This document shows positions 12,760-25,170 of a DNA stretch of 64,000 nt, in pieces. A program made the translations under genes and the position numbers. Within the stretch, counting starts at the first letter, position 1, and every line of letters starts with the position of its first letter. The notes under the pieces were generated by a model. It was not told the DNA's origin. It saw nothing but the letters and a program-made list of their open reading frames with translations, and did no database searches. Source of the DNA: Mobula birostris (taxonomy: Eukaryota); the NCBI RefSeq assembly GCF_030028105.1, contig NC_092375.1, positions 37,299,130 through 37,363,129 of the forward strand, in the 5' to 3' direction.

Positions 12760-13270
12760 TACAAACTGGTGAGACCGCACTTAAAGTATAGTGTTTACAG
12801 TCTTGATCACGCTGTTACAGGAAATAGTTCATTAAATTGGAACTATAGTGGAGAAGATTTACTAGGATGCTGTCAGGCCTTGAGGGCCTCTATGATAGGA
12901 GGAGGTTGGGCCAGAGTATGACCTTGTTCCTTAGAATGGAGGAGAAATAGGGCAGACGTAAAATCATGAGGGTTATTAATAGGCTGAACACACATAATCT
13001 TTTTCCCAGGAAAGGGAAACTAAAGACTAGAGAACATGCTGTAGGTTTTAGGTGAGAAGTGAAATATTTAAAAGTGATCCGAGGCGTAACTTTTCATGGA
13101 GGAGGTGGTGCTTATATGGAGCGAGCTATTAGAGAATGCTGTTGAAGCAGATCTGGTAAAACATTTGAATAAGTACATGGATAGCAGAGATGAGGGTCAA
13201 ATGGGCTAAGCTTGGTCAATATACACATGTTGGGCTGAAGGGCCAGCTTCCATGTTGTATGACTCTATGA
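12760..13270 (+). mobile_element. Old CR1 3' fragment
   Basis: Degenerate ctggtgagaccgcacttaaagtat... and a 3' end gggctgaagggcc...tgactctatgact. Confidence 0.6.
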
Positions 13271-13855
13271 CTTTATGCCTCTCTCTTTAATTCTTCTGGA
13301 GATTACTAATACTTCTAATAAATTATCATCATTGTGGATTTCCCCCTTAATTCCTGAATTTGATGGTTTTGCAACTAATCAGAGACATTACGAATCAACT
13401 GCCTTTGTTCAGAATATCCTTGTATCTCTAAAACTGTGAAAATTAAGCTTTGAAGAGATTTAGTTAATATGTAATCTCATTGCTGTGCAGAGATCAAATT
13501 TCAAATGTATACCCAGGGCAACCTTTCATATTGCAACCCTAAGTGTCTTTGGACTTTAAAATGATTAACTTCACAAACATACCGGACAAACCTTACAGTG
13601 GTCTACTATCATTTACTTGTTTTGGCGAAAATGGTTTACCAGAAAGCAAAGAGGCAATGTAACTTGCATTACTTCCTATGAAAATGTACTTCAAACATAA
13701 TTTGATCTGATATCACATTCTTATTGCAGGACTTTGATTCTGAAATTGAATAAGTACTTCTAATGAGATATACGATTAAGATTTGCATGGCTTGCAACTT
13801 CATGTGAAATTATGTACTCTGAAGAAAACTACTGTGAATTGAAAGAGATGCAGAG

Positions 13856-13913
13856 ATGTTACACCAACTAGCCAGCTTTTGTATATTTGGGATTTTTCAA
13901 CTAATAAGAGCAG
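13856..13913 (+). CDS. HHLA2: HHLA2/B7-H7 signal-peptide exon (MLHQLASFCIFGIFQLIRA, phase 1)
   Basis: Hydrophobic 19-aa leader ending GCAG|GTGACA; upstream acceptor ttattgcag at 13729; G+AC gives Asp in frame with the IgV exon. Confidence 0.7.
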
Positions 13914-14639
13914 GTGACATTCCATTTTATTAAAGTTTTGTGTTATCGCGTTGACTTTATCAAAACCTGAATGTTAAATTAGGATCAGGACACATTTTTC
14001 TAAATTACACTATTGATGGTCTTGAAAGTATAACGAGTGAAAAATTATCACATGGATAAATAGAGTTCTAACCCCACTAAAAGTGGTTATTAGAACAATT
14101 ATTAACAGTGCTGTATTAATAAGAATGAAATATGTGCATTCTTTCTATGCGTCTTAACTGTTTTAAAAAAATAAATCTGTTGTTAAGTATGTTCCTAGAC
14201 CAGGGATCTGTGGCCCCTGATTTACTGTTATTGTTAGATAAGTAACTTTTTAAAAGGGAATTGAATAAGTACTTCAAGCAAGTGTGAGGGAAAGGCATTG
14301 GCTGTGCTTATAACAAAGGTGTCTGTGCCACTTGGAAGTCTAAATCTTACTAAAATTGATCTAGTCAGCTTCCTGAAGGGGTCTCCTGGATTCAGGGTGG
14401 GGAAATTATCAGGGAAGTGGGAGATGGCCAGTCCGCTGGAAGGTAGAAGTTTGGTGGGAAACAAAGGCAGGAAGTGCTAGAAGATCAAAGAGAATCACAG
14501 AATTTATGTTTTGGAAAAATAAAAAAAAACATGTCTTTAGGTTGCTGAGATGAGAAGTATACAGTATTTATACCAACTTTTCCCAACCTAACACCATTCA
14601 AATAACACACTTGCCAAAGTGGATCTTTCGGGTAGAGGG

Positions 14640-15530
14640 GAGTGTTTACTGGATGCTAGAGAAATCAATGCATGTGCGGTCCAGGTTAAGGTACAGTTCC
14701 CCTAACCTGTGTTTAGCCTTAACCTGGCTGAAGAGGAGGCTGTGGACAGACATATTAGTGTGGGAATAGGAAGTGGAATTAAAATGGCTGGCCACTGGGA
14801 GATCCTGGCTGTGACAGCAGGTGAAAGGTAGGTGCCCAATGAGATTTCTGTGTTGGATGTCATTGATATGGAGGAAGCCACTCCAAGAACACCAAATGCA
14901 ATCAAGTTGATGGATTTACATATGACCTGGCTGCCTGACCTGGAAGGACTGCTTAGGGCCTGAACGGTGGTGGGCGTAAAGGTGTAGGGGCAAGTGTAAC
15001 ACTTAGCATGGTTGCAGGGATAGATGCCTGGAGGGGGCTTGGGTAGGAAACACGGGAGGACAAGGGAAAGTGATCCTGCAGAGAGAGCAAGAGGTAAGAT
15101 GTGCTAGGGTCCTGTTGGAGACGTTGGAAGATGAGAAAAATAATATGTTTGATGCGGAGGTTCAAAGGGTAATAAGTGAGGACAAGGGGGAGCCCTATCC
15201 CTGATATATTGGAGGGGAGGGGGTGATGGGGTGAGGGCAGACATGTGGGAAATAGAAGAGATATGGGTGGAGGGGATCCATCAACAACATTGCTGGAGGC
15301 GTGGAGGGAAATCCTGTTTTCTGAAAAATGACAACATTTTGATATCCTGGAATGGAAAACCTTACCATAGAACAGGTGTGACAGAGATGGAGGAAATGAA
15401 AGAAGGGAATAGCAGCACAGGATGGGAAGAAATGTAGTCGGGATACCTGTGGGAGTTCGTGAGTTTCTAGAAGATGCTGGTGCATAATTTGTCTCCCAGG
15501 ACAGAGACAGAGAGATCAAGAAAGTGGAGA
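14640..15530 (-). mobile_element. Penelope-like element ORF fragment (RT C-terminus and GIY-YIG), decayed
   Basis: Frameshifted remnants of GFPST, LPLVLTYYPLNLRIKHIIF...LQQDP, DLPVASHFNSTSYSH and CIDFSSIQ* match the PLE 3' ORF seen at 24380-25170 and 26555-26620. Confidence 0.7.
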
Positions 15531-15534
15531 GAAG

Positions 15535-16345
15535 TCATAGAGTTATAAAAAAGTACTGCACAGTACTGCAAAGTACTACTTCAGCTCTCCTGGTCCATAC
15601 CAAACCATTTGAACTGCCTAGTCCCAATCATCCTGCACCGAGACTATAGCTCTCCATCCATGTACCTATCCAAGCTTCTCTCAAACACTGAAATTGGGCT
15701 CACATGCACCACTTTAGCTGGCAGCTCGTTCCACACTCTCACCGCTCTCTGTGTGAAGACATTTTCCCTCATCTCCCCTTAAACATTTCACATATCACCC
15801 TTAATCCATGATCTTTAGTTGTAGTCCCACCTAACTTCATTGGAAAAAGTCTGCTTGCATTTACCCTATCTATACCCCTCATAATTTTGATTACCTCCAA
15901 CAAACCTCCCCTCAATTTTCTATGTTCCAAGGAATTAACATGGTCATACTTTTCTTATTCCTTAGTTCCACCTATGAAGCCTCACTAGACGAGTTCTCTG
16001 AACTGTACTGAATGGGTACTGCCATGACATTTTTCCTGACTCGTAACGACACCCTCCTCCTTTACTCCCTCCCGCTCTGTCACATCGAAAACAATGGAAC
16101 GCTGGAATACTGAGCTGTCAGTCCTGCCCCTCCAGCAACCGATGTCTACAATATAATGATTCCATGTGTTAATGCATGGCCTGAGCTTATCTGCCTTTCC
16201 CACAGTACTTCTTGTATTGAAATACACATAGTTCAGAATATCAGTCACACCAGAATCAGAATCAGAGTCAGGCTTAATCTCACCAGCATATGTCGTGAAA
16301 TTTGTTGAAGCAGTACAATGCAATACATCATAATAAAATTCATGA
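15535..16345 (-). mobile_element. Mosaic: CR1 3' end (15535-15930), CR1 endonuclease fragment (16000-16250), Rex/Babar tail (16250-16345)
   Basis: CR1 3' UTR pattern; YVYFNTRSTVGKADKL motif; (CAGAAT)n tail complement at 16251-16270. Confidence 0.6.
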
Positions 16346-16357
16346 ATTATAGGAAGT

Positions 16358-16358
16358 A

Positions 16359-16402
<44 letters not shown>
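16358..16402. repeat. (TG)n(TA)n microsatellite
   Basis: Directly visible dinucleotide run. Confidence 0.95.
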
Positions 16403-16403
<1 letters not shown>

Positions 16404-16761
16404 CATCGTCGTGGCTATCCCTCGAGGTCGAGGGTGATGGTCTTCGTTCTGTTGATCTACTTATGGGCTCTCAAGTGGCTTATGAGTCCAATCTTGGCTT
16501 TGGAAGTTCTTCCGCATTCAGGACAGGTAGCTCCAGATGGCAGATCGGGCTTTGGTTGTTGCTGCCTCTCTTTCCATTTTCTTCTCTTTTCTTCTAATTC
16601 TGCACATCTGTTGGCTTCGAAAGTTGCTGTTCCTTCTCGGATGATGGCTTGCCAGAGTTTCCTGTCCTTGGCATTGGTTTCGCAACTGTTGATGTCAATG
16701 TTACATTTCTTCATGTTATCTTTTAAGATGTCTTTGAATCTCTTCTGTTGTCCGCCTTCTT
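16403..16761 (-). mobile_element. RTE-clade LINE 3' end with 12-bp TSD
   Basis: ORF 16457..16714 KDRKLWQAIIREG...CPECGRTSKAKIGLISHLRAHK* (RTE-type C-terminal Zn finger); TSD tatatgtatata at 16391-16402 and 16762-16773. Confidence 0.8.
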
Positions 16762-16779
16762 TATATGTATATATATTCA

Positions 16780-16960
16780 GAAATATGATGGCAGAGAGGA
16801 AGAAGCTGTTCCTGAATCACTGAGTGTGTGCCTTCAGGCTCCTGTACCTTCTCCCTGATGGTAGCAATGAGAAGAAGGCAAGTCCTGGCTGATAGGGGTC
16901 CTTAATGATGGATGCCACCTTTTTGAGACATCTTTCCTTGAAGATGTCCTGGATGCCACG
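16780..16960 (-). mobile_element. Rex1/Babar fragment
   Basis: IQDIFKERCLKKVASIIKDPYQPGLAFFSLLPSGRRYRSLKAHTQ, homologous to 4449-4688. Confidence 0.75.
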
Positions 16961-17356
16961 GCACATCTTTAAGCGGTATTGATTGTTAACACAAATGCTG
17001 TATTTCACTGTACATTTTGATGTACACATAAATGAATTTGAGTAAATGAATCTCAGTCTGAGGCCTTTCCGTTGGGGGGATAGATGCGTACAGGGTTGGC
17101 CATCCATGGTGAAAGTGAGGTAGTCAGCACCAGGGAGATGAAAATTATTGAAGAGTTGGAGAGTATGAGGGGTCACAGATATAGTTGTTCTGTGATTGAG
17201 ATAGGAACTGCTTGATCAGCCACTTATGACATCACTTCCCTGGCTTGATGAAAACTGCTTGTCTTTGATTAGTGTCTGATGGTCACATGCTTAAAGTCCT
17301 TTGTTTGTTTAAGCCCTGGTTACCATAGATACCAAGGGCATATTCATTACCATAAA

Positions 17357-17900
17357 TCCATAAGATACAGGAGCAGATATGGCCATTTGGCCCATCGACT
17401 CAGCTCTGCCATTTCATCATGGCTGATCCAATTTTCCTCTCAGCCCCAATCAACTGCCTTCCCCCCACTCCTCCTTCCCCGTTTCCCTTCATGACCTGAC
17501 CAGTCAAGAATCTGTCAACGTATGCCTTAACTATGCATAAAGACGGCCTCCACAGCTGCCCGTGGCAGAGAATACCACAGATTCACTGCTCCTTGGCTAA
17601 AGAAATTCCTTCTCATCTCCATTCTAAAAGGACACCCCTCTTTTCTGAGGCTGTCTCCTCTGGTCTTAGGCTCCCCCACCACAGGAAACATCCCCCTCTC
17701 ATCTATTGAGGCCTTTCACCATTTGACAGGTTTCAATAAGGTTACCCCTCATTCTTCTGAATTCTAGTAAATACATGATCAGAGCCATCACTCTTCATAT
17801 GACAAGCCATTCAATCCTGGAATCATTTTCATGAACCTCCTTTGAAGCCTCTGCAGTTTCAACACATCCGTTGTAAGATAAGGGGCCCAAAATTGCACAA
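17357..17900 (-). mobile_element. CR1 3' fragment
   Basis: Tail complement ccataagatacaggagcag; RT C-terminal remnants. Confidence 0.8.
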
Positions 17901-18111
17901 ACATCCAATTCCTCCAGAGGTAGTCTGCAGCACAAAATCTATCAATTAACTACTCACAGCAGACGTATTTAAGCAAATAATGGGTATATGTCATAATCTC
18001 ATGATACATCATTCTTACGTTTTCAGTCTATGTCTCCCATATTATGTTCTTGCTTCTCTGTTGTTACCCCCACTGTTACAGAGGCAATCCTGGAGCTAGC
18101 AGTGTTATCTC

Positions 18112-21100
18112 TGTGGTAAACCATATATATATGTTGTAACTGGGTTAACTGTCTGGACATGCCCCTCTGCTGACTGCCCCTGTGGCTCCTCCCACAGAGT
18201 CCTGTATAAAGGTGTTCGCCTTGCCCCTCCCCCTCAGTCCAGGGCCAGACACTCACCGTGGAGGTCGTATTGTACAGCGAATAAAATTGAAGCACCTTTA
18301 ATAACTCCAAAAGACTGAGGTTTGGTAAAATACTGAAAGGCTTTTATTCGCTGTACAATACGACCTCCATGGTGAGTGTCTGCCCCCGGACTGAGGGGGA
18401 GGGGCAAGGCGAAACACCTTTATACAGGATTCTGTGGGAGGAGCCACAGGGGCAGTCAGCAGAGGGGTGTGTCCAGACAGTTAACCCAGTTACAACGTAT
18501 ATATAGAAACATAGAAAATAGGTGCAGGAGTAGGCCATTCGGCCCTTTGAGCCTGCACTGCCATTTATTATGATCATGGCTGATCATCCAACTCAGAACC
18601 CCGCCCCAGCCTTCCCTCCATACCCCCTGACCCCCGTAGCCACAAGGGCCATATCTAACTCCCTCTTAAATATAGCCAATGAACTGGCCTCAACTGTTTC
18701 CTGTGGCAGAGAATTCCACAGATTCACCACTCTCTGTGTGAAGAAGTTTTTCCTCATCTCGGTCCTAAAAGGCTTCCCCTCTATCCTCAAACTGTGGCCC
18801 CTCGTTCTGGACCCCCCAACATCGGGAACAATCTTCCTGCATCTAGCCTGTCCAATCCCTTTAGGATCTTATACATTTCAATCAGATCCCCCCTCAATCT
18901 TCTAAATTCCAACGAGTACAAGCCCAGTTCATCCAGTCTTTCTTCATATGAAAGTCCTGCCATCCCAGGAATCAATCTGGTGAACCTTCTTTGTACTCCC
19001 TCTATGGCAAGGATGTCTTTCCTCAGATTAGGGGACCAAAACTGCACACAATACTCCAGGTGTGGTCTCAACAAGGCCTTGTACAACTGCAGTAGTACCT
19101 CCCTGCTCCTGTACTCGAATCCTCTCGCTATAAATGCCAGCATACCATTCGCCTTTTTCACCGCCTGCTGTACCTGCATGCCCACTTTCAATGACTGGTG
19201 TATAATGACACCCAGGTCTCATTGCACCTCCCCTTTTCCTAATCGGCCACCATTCAGATAATAATCTGTTTTCCTGTTTTTGCCACCAAAGTGGATAACT
19301 TCACATTTATCCACATTAAATTACATCTGCCATGAATTTGCCCACTCACCCAACCTGTCCAAGTCACTCTGCATCTTCTTAGCATCCTCCTCACAGATAA
19401 CACTGCCACCCAGCTTCGTGTCATCCGCAAACTTGGAGATGCTGCATTTAATTCCCTCATCCAAGTCATTAATATATATTGTAAACAACTGGGGTCCCAG
19501 CACTGAGCCTTACGGTACCCCACTAGTCACCGCCTGCTATTCTGAAAAGGTCCCGTTTATTCCCACTCTTTGCTTCCTGTCTGCTAACCAACTCTCCACC
19601 CACATCAATACCTTACCCCCAATACCGTCTGCTTTAAGTTTGCACACTAATCTCCTGTGTGGGACCTTGTCAAAAGCCTTCTGAAAATCCAAATATACCA
19701 CATCCACTGGTTCTCCCCTATCCACTCTACTAGTTACATCCTCAAAAAATTCTATGAGATTCGTCAGACATGATTTTCCTTTCACAAATCCATGCTGACT
19801 TTGTCCGATCATTTCACCGCTTTCCAAATGTGCTGTTATCACATCCTTGATAACTGACTCCAGCAGTTTCCCCACCACCGACGTTAGGCTAACCGGTCTA
19901 TAATTCCCCGGTTTCTCTCTCCCTCCTTTTTTAAAAAGTGGAGTTACATTAGCCACCCTCCAATCCTCAGGAACTAGTCCAGAATCTAACGAGTTTTGAA
20001 AAATTATCACTAATGCATCCACTATTTCTTGGGCTACTTCCTTAAGCACTCTGGGATGCAGACCATCTGGCCCTGGGGATTTATCTGCCTTCAATCCCTT
20101 CAATTTACCTAACACCACTTCCCTACTAACATGTATTTCGCTCAGTTCCTCCATCTCACTGGACCCTCTGTCCCCTACTATTTCTGGAAGATTATTTATG
20201 TCCTCCTTAGTGAAGACAGAACCAAAGTAATTATTCAATTGGTCTGCCATGTCCTTGCTCCCCATAATCAATTCACCTGTTTCTGTCTACAGGGGACCTA
20301 CATTTGTCTTTACCAGTCTTTTCCTTTTTACATATCTATAAAAGCTTTTACAGTCCGTTTTTATGTTCCCTGCCAGTTTTCTCTCATGATCTTTTTTCCC
20401 CTTCCTAATTAAGCCCTTTGTCCTCCTCTGCTGAACTCTGAATTTCTCCCAGTCCTCAGGTGAGCCACTTTCTCTGGCTAATTTGTATGCTTCTTCTTTG
20501 GAATTGATACTATCCCTAATTTCTTTTGTCAGCCACGGGTGCACTACCTTCCTTGATTTATTCTTTTGCCAAGCTGGGACGAACAATTGTTGTAGTTCAT
20601 CCATGCGATCTTTAAATGCTTGCCATTGCATATCCACCGTCAATCCTTTAAGTGTCATTTGCCAGTCTATCTTAGCTAATTCACGTCTCATACCTTCAAA
20701 GTTACCCCTCTTTAAGTTCAGAACCTTTGTTTCTGAAATAACTATGTCACTCTCCATCTTAATGAAGAATTCCACCATATTATGGTCACTCTTACCCAAG
20801 GGGCCTCTCACGACAAGATTGCTAATTAACCCTTCCTCATTGCTCAAAACCCAGTCCAGAATAGCCTGCTCTCTAGTTGGTTCCTCAACATGTTGGTTCA
20901 AAAAACCATCCCGCATACATTCCAAGAAATCCTCTTCCTCAGCACTTTTACCAATTTGGTTCACCCAATCTACATGTAGATTGCAGTCACCCATTATAAC
21001 TGCTGTTCCTTTATTGCACACATTTCTAATTTCCTGTTTAATACCATCTCCGACCTCACTACTACTGTTAGGTGGCCTGTACACAACTCCCACCAGCGTC

Positions 21101-21154
21101 TTCTGCCCCTTAGTGTTACGCAGCTCTACCCATATCGATATATGGTTTACCACA
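18112..21154. mobile_element. Inverted LTR pair: + strand U3-R arm (18112-18286) joined tail-to-tail to a complete - strand solo LTR (21154 to 18288, split by CR1); 5-bp TSD
   Basis: Termini TGTGGTAAACCATATA (18112) and TATATGGTTTACCACA (ends 21154); TSD atctc at 18107-18111 and 21155-21159; TATAAA 18205, AATAAA 18280; minus copy ends GGTGCTTCA at 18288; arms differ by about 7 substitutions and 1 indel in ~170 bp. Confidence 0.8.
18504..21138 (-). mobile_element. Young 5'-truncated CR1 (most of ORF2) inserted into the (TA)n tract of the LTR
   Basis: Long ORF pieces 20287..21189, 19537..20271, 18787..19191 with YRPP, GDxN, LDFQKAFDKV and KFADD motifs; tail (tttctatg)n. Confidence 0.92.
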
Positions 21155-21537
21155 ATCTCTAAATCCAGGAATGCAAAAACAAATGCCATTGGTCCTGTGG
21201 TGTTGGAGTTATCTCCATTTAAATAGCTATGAGGGGTCTTTATTTCTGAGCTGGGTGGCTCTGTTACACCGATCAGCAGGGATGGTTAATCGGGTGTGGA
21301 TACTCTTTGTCCCACAATTTGCTTTACAATACAAAATGTAAGCTAACACCACTCCTGCTTCAGGCTCGGCCCTTATGTTCATGCAGGGCTCCACTTCTGT
21401 CCCATGGGCTACAATGTAGCCTGAATGAAGATGAGGTCCTCTAGTTTCATGTTGGAAATTGTTGGAACAGTGTAGGAAGCTGAAGACAGAGAGATCTGCA
21501 TGGGGCAGAGATTTAAAATGAAAGGCGAGGGGAAGCA

Positions 21538-21789
21538 ACACAGAGCGTCATAGGAAGTCATTCCTGCCTGTGGCCATCAAACTTTACAACTCCCCCCTTG
21601 GAAGGTCAGACACCCTGAGCCAATAGGCTGGTCCTGGACTTATTTCCTGGCATAATTTACATATTACTATTTAACTATTTATGGTTCTATTACTATTTAT
21701 TATTTATGGTGCAACTGTAACGAAAACCAATTTCCCCCGGGATCAATAAAGTATGACTATGACTATGACTATGACTATGACTATGACTA
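21538..21789 (+). mobile_element. Rex1/Babar 3' end with (GACTAT)n tail
   Basis: cacagagcgtcataggaagtcattcctgcctgtggccatc...tttcccccgggatcaataaagt followed by about five GACTAT units. Confidence 0.7.
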
Positions 21790-22852
21790 AGTGGAATGCA
21801 TAGCAGTCGTCCAACCTGTTTTTGGTTTCCCTAGTGCTGAGGAGATCACATACTGAGAAAGGAATGTGAGAAGTATGGGAGTGTACTAGTTCACCTGGGG
21901 GACCTGTTTAGGACATACTAAGGAACGTAACAAATGTGAGTGTGTCCCAGTTCAAGTGTTTGGGTTCCTGGGTGGTGGAAAGAGAAGAGAAATGAGGACA
22001 AGGCTTAAAGAGAAAAGCAAGCGCAGTGAAGAGCAGTGATTGGACCAGAGAGTCACAAGATATTCAGCTTTGATTTTTGTTTCTGTTTCAGTTTCCAGCA
22101 ACTGTGTTTTTTTTTTCTTTCGGGGTCTGGAAGGGATTTGACACTCTTAGGGAGGATATTAAGAACTATGAGACCCTGGAGGAACATTTCTTCTCCTGTC
22201 TTCCTAAAAATAAAACTTCTATCTATTGCAACTCAAGCATTTAGATCTGTTCTACCATTTGATGAGAACACTGACTTTGCCAAGTTAATACCCAAAAATG
22301 ACAGTCAGCCTGCTGTGGTAATACCAAAACAGTAAGTCAGGTACTGAAACAGCCACCCAACAACCCATCCCAAAACAATCAGACAACCTGGTTACCTAAA
22401 ACTAGTTAGTGAGGCCTACTGCAATGTGCGTCATTAGTGGGCTCTAACTTTTGCACTTTGGGTCCATTAATGTCCCATTCTGTTGGGACAACATAGTAAG
22501 TTAGAATAGGTCACAGAATAGATAGCTCTCTCTGAGTAGATTTGATAGGGCTGAACATCCTGATGTAATAACCAGACACAAATGACAATGTTGCTTACAA
22601 TGCATGAGCGTCAACAAAATAGCTTTGTTTTACATCTACCTTACACTCTCACAATTCTGTCTTAATTCTATGATTATTGTCAATGTTCCCCACCCAGTCA
22701 ATCCCATATGATTGGTGATCCAGCAACCCCTCCCAACCAAACAAGGTGACTCTGTGAACTCATTACCAGGGATATTGGCCATATTTTTTAAGCATGAGAT
22801 TTCAATTGTATATTTTTTGTGAGTAATAATTAATCTCACTGTTTTCTCTTAG

Positions 22853-23182
22853 ACGCCGCACACCTCACAGCTATCATTTCCAAGGGTGTGGTGTTGCCAT
22901 GCAGGTTTCGGCCAGGACCATTGCAGGAAGTAGTGCTGCACTGGATGTACATAAAGGAGCCAAAACCAGCTGTGGTTCATAGCTTTTATCGAGGCAACGA
23001 TCAGTTCAGTAGCCAAGTTGATCACTACCGCGGAAGAACAAAGCTGTTTAACAGTGAGATATCAGAAGGAAATGCATCCCTTCTTCTTACAAAAATTAAA
23101 GTGGATGATGAAGGAGTCTATCAGTGTTACGTCAGTACACCCAACGAAAAGAAGGAAGAGAATATCGTCTTACAAGTGGCTG
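22853..23182 (+). CDS. HHLA2: HHLA2 exon: N-terminal IgV domain (330 nt, phase 1-1)
   Basis: Acceptor ttttctcttag, donor GCTG|GTCAGA; VVLPCRF...VLHW...YRGRTKLFNSEISEGNASLLL...DDEGVYQCYV is a classic B7-type IgV. Confidence 0.93.
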
Positions 23183-23279
23183 GTCAGAAATTTGTTATAT
23201 TCCATTGTTAGTTTGCTTCATAAATTGTGATTTTGAGTCAAATAGAATGAGAAGGAATCTAATCATAAGTACTCACCAA

Positions 23280-24260
23280 AATGTGAAAAAAATCTACAAT
23301 ACAAGAGTGAGGAGGAATTTCTTTATCTAGAGGGTGGTCAATCTGTGGAGTTCATTGTCACTGATGACTGTGGAGGCCAAGTTTTCGGCTGCAATTAAAG
23401 CATGCACTTTGGTAGAAGAAATAAAAGGAGAGACTATTCTAAATGGAGAGAAAATTCAGAAATCTGAGGTGTAAAAGGACTTGGGATTCCCTCAGGTTAA
23501 TTCGTAAGTTGTGTCTGTGGTGAGGAAGGTAAATGTGATGTTCGCATTCATTTCAAGAAGACTAAAATATAAAAAGGATGTAATGTTGAGGCTTTATAAG
23601 GTACTGGCGAGTCTTCACTTAGAGTATTGTGAGCAGCTTTGGACTCCATATTTAGGAAATTATGTGCTGAAACTGGAGAGGGTTCAAGATAGGCTCATGA
23701 AAATGATTCCAGGATTGAATGGCTTGTCATATGAAGAGTGTTTGATGGCTCTGGTTCTGTACTTACTAAAACTCAGAAGAATGAGGAGTGACCTAATTGA
23801 ATGTTGAAAAGCCTTGTTAGTGCAGACCTGGAGAGGATTGTTCCTATGGTGGGAGAGTCTAGGACCAAAGGGCACACCCTCAGAATAGAGGGGTGTCCTT
23901 TTAGAGTGGAGGTGAGGAAGCACCTTTTTAGCCAGAGAGTGGTGAATCTGGGGAATTTGTTGCCACAGACGGCTGTGGAGGGCAAGTCATTATGTATATT
24001 TAAGGCAGAGGTAGATGGATTCTTAATTGGTCAGGACATGAAGGGATGTGGGAGAAGGCAGGAGACACAGGCTGAGAGGAAAAATGGATCAACCAAGATG
24101 AAATGGTGGGGCAGACTCAATGGGCCAAATGGCCTAATTCTGCTCCTATATCTTATAGACTTATTATGGTCTTATGGTTGATAGGTTCCTAATTAGTCAG
24201 GACATCAAATGTTATGGGGAGGAGACAAGAGAATGGGGATGAGAGGGACAATAAATGAGA
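23280..24260 (+). mobile_element. CR1 RT C-terminal/3' fragments
   Basis: ORFs 23511..23807 and 23801..24181 (YKVLASLHLEYCEQLW...FSQRVVNL). Confidence 0.85.
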
Positions 24261-24379
24261 CATGAAATACATGATATTGGAACCCAGAAATCCAGTCAGC
24301 TCCATTTAATTAGCTCATGGTAGATCTATTGCTGAAATTCCCTCAGGTGTCTTCAGCTGAACTATTATGTCTGATGCTC

Positions 24380-25170
24380 TCGATGTGGCCTCCTCTACTT
24401 TGGTGAGACTTGTCAAGCATCTCTGCTCCATCTGCGAAAAATGGAGCTTCCTAGTGGCCAAATATTTTAATTCTGTTTCTCATTTCTGTTCATGGCTTCT
24501 TCTGTCAAGATGAATATTGATTTCTCCTTACGGTATTTTTTCTTCCCTCCCCTGTCTTCTTCTGTTCCCCACCCTGGCCTTTAACCTCTTCTCAACTGCC
24601 TATCAGTTCTATCTGAGTTCCCTCCTCCTCCCCTTTCTCCTGTGGTCCACTCTCCTCTCCTTTCAGCTTTCCTCTTCTCCAGCCCTTTACCTTTCCCAAC
24701 CACCTGGCTTCACCTATCACCTTCCAGCTATCCTCCTTCCCCTCCCCTCTCCTTTTTATTCAGACATCTTCCCCCTTCCTTTTCAATCCTGAAGAAGGGT
24801 CTCGACCCAAAATGTCGACTGTTTATTCATTTCCATAGATGCTGCCTGGCTGCTGAATTCCTCCAGCATTTTGTGTGTGTTGCTTTGGATTTCCAGCATC
24901 TGCAAATTTTTTCTTGTTTGAAGATGTAAGAGGAGATGTTCTTCCTCAAGTTGAAGGTGGGTTTTGTTGCTACAAACAGAAAGATCAGAACTAGAGTGGG
25001 ATGGAGAATTAAAGTAACAGATAGCAGGGAGCTCAGGGATGTCCAGTGGACTGAACGTAGGTGCTGCACCAAGTGATGACCCAAACTCCATTTTGGCTTC
25101 TCCGAAGGGGAGGAAGCCATATTGTGAACACCTAATACAGTACACCAGATTTCTGCAAGTGCTATTTGAC
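24380..25170. mobile_element. Two Penelope-like fragments in opposite orientation (+ 24380-24925 with pLTR; - 24930-25170 GIY-YIG)
   Basis: CGLLYFGET remnant on +; NLVYCIRCSQ...LQLEEEHL on -; degenerate hammerhead cctgaagaagggtctcgacccaaaatgtcgac at 24788-24819. Confidence 0.75.

Noticed and set aside
14953-15519. 188-aa ORF
   Set aside because: Mosaic of shifted frames of a decayed Penelope ORF.
18112-18505. Link between this LTR and the HERV-H LTR that gives human HHLA2 its name
   Set aside because: Different position (intron after the signal exon versus 3' end) and no evidence of relatedness; coincidence.
18794-21226. Long + strand ORFs (155, 134 and 247 aa) and similar ones opposite other CR1s
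   Set aside because: Antisense shadows of CR1 ORF2; they recur with each copy and show no independent motifs.
21750-21789. Short tandem arrays (GACTAT)n here and (GATTCT)n at 4879-4899 as CRISPR-like or satellite arrays
   Set aside because: No spacers; each follows AATAAA at a LINE 3' end, so they are retroposon tails. The DNA is eukaryotic.
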